From assembly GCA_973895155.1 (NCBI GenBank), contig OZ316894.1, positions 21,175,867 to 21,239,866 of the forward strand: a stretch of DNA of 64,000 nucleotides. The letters are read 5' to 3'. Positions 37,101 to 48,200 of this stretch are shown one piece after another (positions within the stretch are counted from its first letter, which is position 1; the number at the start of each line of letters is the position of its first letter). Origin of the DNA: Marsupella aquatica (taxonomy: Eukaryota > Plantae > Marchantiophyta). The notes under the pieces are model-generated. The model had not been told where the DNA came from. It did no database searches and saw nothing but the letters and a program-made list of their open reading frames with translations. The position numbers were made by a program, and so were the translations under genes.

Positions 37101-40100
37101 TCTGCATCGCATTGCGGTATTTGACGTTAGTATGAAACAATATAGCATTGACACAAGTCCTGACAGATATTTCATGGCTCCAACTGTGCTGTGATCATTT
37201 AATGGATCCTATGCGCGTGTTCATTGCTCTACTCGTTGATATACCTGCGACCACTTAGCGTGTAAACTAAAAAACCAGAGACATGCGAGAAATCAAGGAG
37301 GAGAACAATTACACTTTTGTGTATTCCAAAGGTACACTCGGCCAGAATCAAATCCCCAGAGAGTGTGGTCAGGGCCTTCACAAGTACATGAGGTAATAAG
37401 CCTGCGACATGAGAGGGTTGAAGTAAACATAGAAGCTCTGCTGAGAAACTGAGCACCCTTAATACCGGGAAACAGCCCTGAGCTCGTTCATAAAAGTCCT
37501 GTTTCGTTGCAACATCCATACACATAGTTTCCAGGTCTTGAGAGTTTCCATTGACGCTTTGCAGCACCTCAGAGAGAGCATGAAAGTACTGAGAGAAATG
37601 TGCTTGCACCTGCATTGTTACTGGTCAATGGATAATATGCATAGGAGAGGCATTGAGGAGCAGGACTAAAATTTACCAGGAGGAGGAAATATTCAAAAAG
37701 CTCTACATGCATACCAAGAGTTATCATCATTCAGGACCAATCCCATCATCAATGCCATAAGTTGCCATCGAAGTCGACATAAACTTGAACAACATGAAAT
37801 TCACACCAATTGCCAAGAAGTACATTTATTCCATGACGGAGTTCAGATTCAGCACACATTTTCCTTTTGAACTGATGAACAGATGTATGGTTGAATTTGA
37901 AAAGCATTTTGCTGCATTGATGATTGTTGTTGCTGTATAAATATTCAGTGATGTAAGCTAGAGTAGAAGGGTGGGATCAACTGGTGCTGTATAAACATCA
38001 TGAGAATAGGCTTGTTCTGTAGAACAAAACCATAAACTAACATGAACGACCCAAAATATTTCACACTCGTGTCACCAGGTCAGAATGCACACCTTTCCAT
38101 CCAGAGATTTCTCGACGGGCGGCTTGAGAAGTGGCAGGAGATCATAGAGGATAGCAAAAGTCATGTCCCTATGTCGGTCATTCACCAGTAGAGATATAAG
38201 TTGCAATGCAACCAAGTGTAGTGTACGACCAAGAGAAATGACCGGCTGGATGGTATCCCTATTATCTAGTTTTAATTTATCGACTAAGTGTAAGACTTTC
38301 TCGTCGTCTAGAGCATCATGTGTAGTCGGTTTGAGATAGACAGGATAGCTGCATTTGAGATCCAATCCAGACTTCAGAAGAGATGAACCTCCACTATCTT
38401 GCAGTCCATGCGAAGGTGACTCATTCAGGTGAACTTGAAGGCCGGCTTCCCTGGAAAGTTTCAAAGCGGCCTGCAAAACACACCCTTCCGGAATAATATC
38501 TGAATCATTCTCACCAGCACTTATGACAGCAAGCCTAAGGGCAGTCCCTGAAGCCTCCTCCTTAGACTCTTTACAAATTTGAAGCTGAATTGGTACATAT
38601 AAGGAAACATTGGCAATCACCGATCTACTGTAGCAACCATAAACATAAAGGAATCCAGGTGGTTGTCGGATGAGATGGTGGGACCTTGATTTTCCGCACA
38701 AGTTCCGCAAGAAACTCGAACACAATCCGTTCCAGGTTACTGTCCGTTATCGTTTGAAGCAACACAAATGCATTCTGCAAATTTCACGACCAACTCATTA
38801 GGTACATACGGCACTAGTCTAGCATCACACCTTCGTGAAGTAGCTCTAGATTTTTGTTTCCTATGGCTTTTTGACAGACCTACGACAGCAATTGTTCTTC
38901 GTCAATTTATCACGTTGAATTGGTTTCAGGCGCCAGGAAAAGGACACTAGCATTCTTGAATAAACATACTGGAGACAATACGTAAGGGGATCATCCCACA
39001 CGGAAAACTGATTCAATCCTGCATTCTGATTACTGTTACAGATACTTTCAGGGAATCTACAATTTTGTCTTTGGCAGTCGATAATAGTGTTTTTACACAA
39101 TCATGAACTAAACATCGTCTTAATGCTGGCGTGGAATCTCAAACCACACGTAACCACATCTTGATTAGTCAGCAATTTATTTATTTAGTATTCGGCCCCC
39201 AGGGCAATTCCATTATGGGGGTAGAATTCCATTCACCTGCAGAATGGAATACTTCTGGAAAAATGCCTCGGGATGGAAGTCAAATACAACCGCTTCCCTG
39301 AGCTCTTTCAGAGCAGACCGGAGAGCTTCCCGATTATCAAGTTTTTGTAAAGAGACTGCAGCACGCATCCCTTGGTCAATGAAGAGCATGCTGGCATAGA
39401 AATACTTTTAAAAACTTTGTCACTCGTGAAATTTTAACCTCAATTCTATCACAGCTACATGGCAGAATTGTCACTTTGTACACACTGCACTCTCCACTTT
39501 CTGGGGTTCCGTAGAATTCAAATGGATTCATTCATTCTCTGTTCCAAAGTAGACCAAGTTCACTCATTGAGAATTTACTATTTTATCGGGAAAACTGCAG
39601 AAATCAATTGGTTCATCCATTCTTATCCCAACTACTGTGCAGCGTTGATCACAATAATAATGGAGGGAGGAATGATGTTGAAACTTCTAACTCACCATTC
39701 AGGTTGACGAGATACATTTCGTCACCCTCCTCCAGATCAATGCATGGGAAGGTCGGCCCAATATGATCTGCACCAAATAAATAACAATAAAGAGTATGAT
39801 GATATAAAGGCGATCAGTGTACACAGCTCCCAGGAAAATTGAGAAGATGTTGTTGGGGTTCTAAAGCACTATCATCAGTGACTAAGTTAAAACGTGGACG
39901 AATGTGAGGTACTAAGTCTGAAGGTGCCACAAAGTCTGAAGGGCTTGATCTCTGAAACACTGGTCAAGGCTATCTGAATTATTGAAGGCACTAATACTCG
40001 TTAGCTGGACTCTTCCTATGCACACTCACGAGTTCAGATCGCAGAGTTGATTTAAAAGCAGAGGTTGCTGCCATGAGTTTTGGGACCTGTTTGCGACACA

Positions 40101-41873
40101 TTTGTAAATATGTGATATTCCGGTGGTTGCTTGAGCAAAAAGTTGATTTGGGTGGGTGCTACTGCTTTTTCCTGGCCTTCATTGGATGATGGCCTCGGTT
40201 GAAAAGGTTGACTAGCGACAGGCTCGGTGCATGTTGCAGATGCTGGGCTATCTGCCCGACTCCCAGATGTAGGAGCACACCTGCTCATTTCCCCGAGCGG
40301 GAAGCCATCCATTTGCAAACGACGGTCCCTGTTCCCCTTCGATGATGGCTCATTTCTTTCAGGGATCTCAATAGTCAATGGGCCCGGTTTACTTTTCACT
40401 TGACAGTCATCGGACTTATTCCGGTCTTCCTGTCTGCAATGACCCCGTTCAGCAGCATTATCAAGAATAGGTTCTCCTTCCTGGCACCGGCCGAATGGTA
40501 ACGGGAGCTGAGTTGCTGGTACAGCATAACCCATTCCGGTGTCTCGAAGATACATTGACCTTGAAGATTCGTCCACCTTCTTATTGGTTGGCTTGAGCAA
40601 GTTCTGCAGAAGTCCAGCAACATAAGGTACGATTGTATGGCAGCAGTCGGATTGAAACAGTTCCATAAATTCCACCGCGCCAAGATCGATGAGTAGCTTT
40701 CGATGTACATCATCCTGCAGACAAAAGGTTGTCAATCTTCAAACTCCGCGAATCTTGCGAATTACAGTACTCCCGACTGCGCGGCTTTCCCAAAACTTAA
40801 CCATCAATGTCATTGAGTAGCAGAGATGACATTCATGGTGGAGATCTCATAGGTGAGAACATTCGACTAAAGGCTGTCGTCGGCATTGGTCATCGAAACC
40901 ACCAATCCTTCGAATCTGATGGCTGCTTTGAAATTACAAAATTTAAATTCACGTTCTTTATTGAGAAGTGACCGACGTTAGTAAACCGACTTGTGGAAAC
41001 ATGCCTGCGCGATCCTGCTAAGCATGCTCAGAACCAAAATCTCGTGAGAAGGCGATGGCAAGTTGAACCATTCCAAGAGTGAACGGAGCAGCGCTTTTGT
41101 GTCTTTCTCTGGATCACAAGTGGAGAGTATTCCACTGGTCAACGCACACTGCAATTTTCCCAGCGCGCTGCGGCGAGTGCACGGCGATGGATCCCCTGTT
41201 GTCATCAGAGAAGGCAGTGAGATGCTATCTGGTAGTGACTGTGATGTAAATGCTCCTAAGTGAGATTTGATTATGCAGTTTTACGTTCACGGAAACAGAT
41301 TATCGTATGATTAATGAAAATGAAGATCAGTTAAAAATGATATAAAGAATTGTGTACAGGTCTGAAATTGGGGTTGTGTCAGCACGCTTGAGCTTTTACG
41401 GAAGAGTGTTGTGACCGATCAGTTCGTTTCTAACAATACACATGAGCTACAGTAGCTAAGTGTGCTGATAGATTGAATTGGGAATCAGATTCATCGTAAG
41501 CTGGATCTAATTTCAAATGGTTGACCATAGATCCCTCAAATAGTCTCGCTTATTAGAATGTGAGAACCCGTAGGGCTTCAAAAGCCTTGCCTTAGACCAT
41601 CGAATGCTACCCCAGTAGCTCGAAATTTGACCAACGATTAGTCCTCAAGATAAAATTCAAATCTCTTGGATTACAACTCTCCTTACAACTCCTGTAAATG
41701 GATAATTGAGGTGCCTTTGGTAATAGTGAGTCGTCACTTTGGAGAGCAATGAAGCAGGAAGCAACGACGGAAATGGGCGGGTGTTGAAGTGAGGGGGCTG
41801 AATGCTTCAAACCGAGTTCAATTGCGATGGTGTGTATGGGATGCAGCAATTCGTCATTCGAACTCTGTTCCAT
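28110..41873 (-). CDS. RTTN: Rotatin (RTTN/Ana3) homologue, ARM/HEAT-like centriole/basal-body protein; roughly 18-19 coding exons (first 41873-41813, last 28160-28110)
   Basis: N-terminus IELG|DPSPCTRRSALGKL...LLEWFNLPSP...LSRIAQ|DDVHRKLLIDLGAVEF, then FPCIDL and DFHPEAFFQK, and C-terminal LLRNLAF...NAASTLW. These match recalled animal rotatin motifs (LLEWFNFP, LVDVGAVEF, DFPAEIFLQR, AAALW). Start context GCCATGG. Confidence 0.88.
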
Positions 41874-42039
41874 GGCGTCGATATTCAGGACAACAGTGAT
41901 GGCCCTCGGTTCATTCCGCTGCTAGATGCCCGTTGAGAAGTTGAATGGTGAAACTCTTCTGTTGGAACGTCAGTTGCAATGGTAATACAGCGGCAGATAC
42001 GTCAACTTTGACTCATAAGAGGAACAGGCAGAGATCTCG

Positions 42040-42805
42040 TTGAGACATATATCTTCTCCAAAAGTCAAAACAAAGAAGCGCATTGAAGGCACAACTCCGT
42101 GCCATGAAGAATTCTTTACATTTAGCATCTGTGTATAAGCACATTACATTGATCCGCAGTAAGGCGCCTTCTAAAGGCCAGGCAATAACGACTGATAACT
42201 TACACCAGGATCCACAACGCAACATGCCTAGCATCCCAAGATGAAACCCTCAGCTCATGTACAGCTTGGATTAGTTCAAAAAACGGCAGAAGGGAGAGAG
42301 TCGTCAACCAGCAAACAGATGCAATGCCGAATTGTGGTTCTCACCAAAACACAACAAGATCCTAGAAAGCTAAGCGCACACGACCAGCATCCCAAGATGA
42401 AACCCTACGCTTAGGTCGAGCTTCGGATTAGTTCAAGCAGAACGGTATCCGGAAGGCCAGAGAGATCTGATTGAGGCAAACAAACAGATGCAATGCCAAA
42501 ATTTGGTACTCACTAAAACACAATAAGACCCAAGAAAGCTAAGCGCACCCGACCAGCATCCCAAGATGGAACCCTACGCTCACGTAGAGCTCGGATTAGT
42601 TCAAGCAGGACGGCATCCCGAACGCGAGAGAGATGTGAACGAGGCAAACAAATAGATTCAATGCCGAAATGTGGGTCTCACTCACTTGTTGCCACCGTCT
42701 TCGCTGACTCGTTGCCGAATTGGATATGGCGAGCCCCGCTTGGCTCGGTTCGTCACCACCCTCGCGCTCATCTACGCAACTTCTCTAGCTCGCGCTCAGC
42801 TTTCT
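42040..42805 (-). repeat. Leader module copy 2 (3 repeat units) in the rotatin 5' leader
   Basis: Reverse complement of 22523-23460. ATG at 42771 (MSARVVTNRAKRGSPYP...), donor GTGAGT at 42685, candidate acceptor ttccaacag before 41958. Confidence 0.9.
42047..42177 (-). ncRNA. Partly decayed copy of H/ACA snoRNA A
   Basis: 3' hairpin, guide arms and ATA box are intact. The 5' hairpin has lost its GCATCC arm by a ~13-nt deletion, and TATACGCGG has become TATACACAG. Confidence 0.55.
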
Positions 42806-43520
42806 ACTACTCTTTACTCTCAACTGAACGGATTGAAACTTTTCCTAAGTGAGTAGATGGCCATGAAACTTTCTTGGATAAGGTCAAAGATACATGAAGC
42901 CAAGATGTCCACCTTGGCCAACCTCACGTGACACATTACGGAACTTTGTATACTTCTTGCGGAGAAGAAAAGCAGTATGAGCAATTGAGTTTTGTAACGA
43001 CATTGAATTGAGCACGATGTTTAATAGCCAGTAAGGAATTGTTTAAGACTCGGGCATTACTCGTACAGGGGAGTACCATGATCAAAAGCGCTGGGGCTTA
43101 GTATTCAGTAAATAGGTTGTGGTTGAGAATAGAATAATCAGTCTGCAATTGCCTGTTATCAATTGCCTGTAGATAACAGTACCACGACTGAATTGCAGCC
43201 ATTGCCTGCGGAAAAGAGCAACAATCAAATTGAAGGCTCCATGACACTAGACAACCAATCCACCTTGTAAATCAGTTCTTCACTAACGGACAACAGTATC
43301 ATACTGAACTAACACTAGCTTATCGCTATCGAAGAAGAGTATCATGATCAAATCAGATGGAGGCTCCGTAAAAAGCTGCACAACCGAGAAACCTGCGTCA
43401 TTCTTTGCAGCATCTGTAGTTTGATCATGATTTCCACTCATTCTCATGCGAAACGTGATAATCGTCTATTATAAATAAGCGTCATAACACAATTATTTTG
43501 AAAACTCGGTTACCGTCTGT

Positions 43521-43640
43521 CGAGAAGAGAGGCAAGATCGAACTCGAAAGAATGACAGAGCCTCCGCAAAATCCTAAACAACCGAGAAGAGAGGCAAGAT
43601 CGAACTCGGAAGGACGACAGAGCCTCCGCAAAATCCTAAA
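43521..43640. repeat. ~62-bp tandem duplication in the probable non-coding first exon of rotatin
   Basis: cgagaagagaggcaagatcgaactcg.aag.a.gacagagcctccgcaaaatcctaaa twice; minus-strand donor ACG|GTAACC at ~43513. Confidence 0.75.
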
Positions 43641-43986
43641 ACAACCGACCAATCTTGAAATCACGTACTCGAGACGGTGCAATTTCGATGCGGTGTTGAT
43701 TTTTTCTGCTAATCCCCGTATGAAGAAGAGAGCACTGGCGAGTTTCTCCAAGACTCGCATTCCATCGACAACTGCAGATCAGTTTCTGGAGGAGTTTTCG
43801 TTTCGAGAATTGAAATGTCGAGAGAAACCACTGATGCTGGAAGATCGAGTTTGACAGCGAGAGAGGGGGCGTTCCGGCGTTGTTACAGAGCCGACGGCGA
43901 CGATCTCAGATTGACTGTGGGGGGCTCTTCTTGACCATAGATTCCGCCCTCACGAGCTCACTCCCTGTGGAGTGCGCTCTGGATTT

Positions 43987-43995
43987 GTTATATAG
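43987..43995 (-). promoter_or_regulatory. Possible TATA box of the native rotatin promoter
   Basis: CTATATAAC on the minus strand upstream of a CT-rich leader-like stretch. Confidence 0.35.
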
Positions 43996-45205
43996 GGGGG
44001 TCGTCTGGTCTTCCACTTAGGTAGGGGGCGCATCTGGACCATATTGTCACATATTTGGGCAACTGGTAGGCATGGCTCTCCCGCAAGTTGTGCTATCTTA
44101 TTTATTTTGGCCTCATGGACATGTCTCCTGGTTGGGGCTGTTTTTTTCGGCAGTTATAAATATATTTTTGCGCTCATTTTTGGGTTTTTTGGCAGTTTGA
44201 AATACATTGTAGTGCGCATTTTTGGACAATTGTCAGACACTTCCCTTGTGCAAGTTGTGTGATTTCCTGACAATGCCTGAGTACATAGTTGGTTGGAATG
44301 TACCCAACCAACTACTTTTGTTTTTTGGCAGTTTACAATATTTTGTGCGTGCTATGTGACAAGCATTCTCTTGTGCAAGTTGTGTAATTTCCTGACAATG
44401 CTCACCTACATAGTGGGTTGGATTCAACCCACATGAGCATAGTCAAAAGTCTGGTTTTTCTGAGTTCAGTGAGGTTAAGTAGCTTTATAAGCTTGTCTAA
44501 ACCTGTTTTCCATGTTCAAATCAACAAACATCTTGTTTATTGATCCCTTCAGAATATTTTTGTTCTGCCATGTTAGCACTGTCAAACCTACACTCATTTG
44601 AGCACCAGGGGGTTCATTGTCATCTCTCACCTAATATAATACTAATACTACTTCTGATTCTGAAATATTTTGTCCATTAAATAATTAGATTATTTCCTTT
44701 CCATGTAAAGACTGTTTCCCAGGGGTGGTTCTCCCACTCCACCAAATACTAATACACTTTCATGGGCTTTAAACCACCGCTGGCCACATAATGGAGAAAT
44801 GTGCAATAGTTTTCCCTTTTTCACATTCCTCTCCTCTACTGTAGGACTTTGCTCCACAATTTCTGGAAAAAGTACCAAAAAAGGGTGAAATCTGGTATAA
44901 CCAGGTTTTTGTCATGGCTAGTATATATCACACTGCCAAAAAGACAGGAGCGCCAAACCAGGAGACACTGTACCAATGGCAAACGAGCCCAATAGAGGGG
45001 GGAAGGGAAAGACCCCAAGAAGACCAAAGAGGCCCAAAAAGTGAAGGAACATCACACAAAAACAAAACAAGTCAAGGCAAGACCTCAGCAAATAAGGAAG
45101 GCAAGGAACACCAAATAAGGAAGGAGAACCCAGTGAAGGCTTTTACAAGCAAATGAAAAGCCGTTCCATGACAGCATCCCAAAGTCCCTCATATTCTAAA
45201 ATCGT

Positions 45206-48200
45206 TCAGTTACCAATGTGTTCTGTTATTGTGACGTAGACTGTGGCAATGAATATGATGCATCCAAATACAACAATACAAACACCACCAAAGACTTGAC
45301 GACATGCTTGTCTTGGCCTTCTCGCGCTTCTAGTCAATGCTGGCTCCTCTTCTAGTATGGATAATTGAGAACTGGCAACTGGGGAATTCTGGGAGCCCAA
45401 CAAAAGCAAAATTCCTGGAATAATGAACACAACCATGACTCCTCCCGTTGCACCCACAATGGAGAACACCTGCACAGTCAATTGGCAATATCAATATCAT
45501 CAGCATCAGAAAACAAAGTTGTTTGGGTAAGCTAGTAGAATAAAAGGCCGCCATAATTATGCAGCCAGGTTTTTGACATCACTCAACCTGAACCATAGTT
45601 TTCACTAATGAAGAGTTACTTAGTGCCTAGGAAAAATCCGGAATTGTGGGCTAGCTTATCGAATCTGGTGATCATCGAAAGATCTAGGCTTGGGAGATGA
45701 TATCTAGTGCCGACTACAAAATTTGTAACAGATCTGTTGCCTCAACACTAGTCGAGGTTCCTCTATTTGCAGATACAAAAGCACACCAGTGGAAACCTAT
45801 TTGCCAAGACGACCAAATGTAATCACTGGTGGGGATGCTCTCCCACACTACTCCTTTCCTTAAATACTCACTTAAATCTGCGAGCAAAATGCATAATTCT
45901 CCAAGAGTGCTTGCCTAGATTCGTTGCACACATAAACTCCCATTTACATATTCCTTACAAATATTTTCACAGAACTTTTGGTATGTTTCAACAAATGATC
46001 CATGGTTTTGTGTCTTTCCAATGCAAATGCATATATCTTCAGTTGAGGACTCTGGAACTCAAACTCATTAGTCCATGGTACGAGAAGATGGAATGTCTCA
46101 TTCAAGTATAACTAGGACTCATTAGAGCTAAGAACCAATGCCATAATGATATCGGATCTCGACCAGCTCATGGTCGATGGTCCAAATCAGCAAGGAGCAA
46201 AAGTGAGGTACCTTTCCAAGATCAGTGATCAAGAGTGCAATTCCAAGTGTCAAACTGAAGAAGCCAAGTGTTATGAGAACATGGCGAGTCCATGAAAAGT
46301 CACTCGCAGGCACGTTTGCCACATACTTGACAGCGTCATCTATGATCAAGCGAGCAGGATGATTCTGCACGGGGTAGCATACCAGTGCAACCTGTGAACA
46401 CAACGATGTAGAGTTCGTGTCATTGCAGAGTCCATCCACGCTCAGATTGAAAATTCCAATGCTTGGAACAAAATGGCTCTGTATCTACCTCTGAAATTTC
46501 CCAGTCAAGTAGAGAAATTAACCTTTCCAGTCATGCTGTCAGCAAAACTAGTACAGCAAATATTACCGTCTTCGTTCAAAGAGAGGTGGAGTAATCCATT
46601 TTTTCAACGCAGAATAATTGCATGGTAACCATCGTTTGCGAAAAATGGCTACCCCGGTTAGAGATGACAATTTAATGATCGCCCAAGAGACGAACAATTC
46701 AGTCCTCTTAATAGAGAAACTTTGACAGCTGTCATAATTTGTACATGTCATTTCTTTGGTAAGGAAACAAACAGTTCTGCGAAGTGGGTGAGTAGCCTTT
46801 TTGAAATTTCAATAAAATGAGACACACATAATTTTAAGATTCATAATTTGGCAAGGAAATTGCACAATACAGACAATATTATACAGTACTAATAATACCG
46901 GAAACATGGGAATGAACCTTGCAATACTAAATGGGCTTGGAGGCACACATACCAGAGCCATGCCAATGCGGGCAATGTTCATGAAGAAATTTCTGTTGCC
47001 AAAGCTCTTCAACACGTCACTTTCCACATCTTGAAATATGAGGTAACCGAATTCTCCAACCTGGAAAGCCACAGCTAACAAAGTCATGAAATGTCACAAC
47101 TCGGATGAAATTCATTTGTTCAGTTGAAACTACAAATTCTTTCTTCTTCACTCTCAGATGGCAGCCTCCCAATTATTACTGCTGATCTATAGTCTCCATA
47201 ACTCCATTCACGATCCAACGTGGACGAGCGACTCTCGCTTAACTCAGTGATGTTTTTTAACTTGAATTCCATGATTGTGAGTTCATTGACACTTAGTTTA
47301 TTGATGAGTTTAGGATTACAAGGAACAGTTTCAGTATTTTTGTCTTGGATGGGAAATCACTCGGTTACAGGAATCCTTACTCGCATGTACAGAAAGGCAC
47401 AGTCACACCGAATTGAAATTGAGTCATGAATAGTTTAAGCAGAGGGAGGGACATCCTTACACTAAGGGTCAAGCCTTTCGGTAATGATAGGCTCAAATCT
47501 GTTAGGAAAAGGGATTCATAGCGTAATTCAACCCCTGCTCAAATTGATCAAATTACATTCCGGATCTGTTCTGTAGTAGTTTGCTGACTTGAAGGCTACC
47601 AGAATCTTTGTTTTTCCGTTCTGTCGCAGGAGCTTGCACATTTCTTGTACTGTGACAATTCCTTGACTTAATACTGGAATTCGAAACAAACTCACCAAGG
47701 AATATCCGATGAAACATATTGACATAGACAAGAAGATAACGCCATCCATTCTCGTGAGCCGCTCCGATCTGTTTCCCTCTGTAAGCATCTCTGAAATAAT
47801 CTCCTCGTCCAGCACTTGCTCTTCGAGGGGATCTTTGCGACGTTCAAAGAATGGATGAGGATGTTCGGCAAGCTCCGCAAAAATAGGGACAACCTGCCAA
47901 ATTGATTGTCTGGTCAATCTAGCACTTTGGAGAAGATTTGACTTTCCCTCAGACTGTAAGGTTCAATTTCAAATGACTGAGAGCACAGAATTCATATTGA
48001 GTGTTCAGGAAAGATCGAAGAGGAGAAGAATCGATAAGAGCACCAAGGCACAAACGAGACAGCAAGAAAACGGGTGATTCATCGGGCTAAACGTGTTGCC
48101 TAAGCATGCCCACATTAGTACCCAAGATCTGCGTACGTTTTTGGTAGTCCCGTTATTTTCGCCCTCGTGCATCTTAGCTGTAAAAATTCCTAATACGTAT

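Noticed and set aside
22523-42805. Inverted ~0.8-kb repeats as terminal repeats of a giant transposon carrying two genes
   Set aside because: No target-site duplication at the outer ends (gtgtgtga versus actactct), no transposase inside, and the repeats have exon/intron/snoRNA structure.
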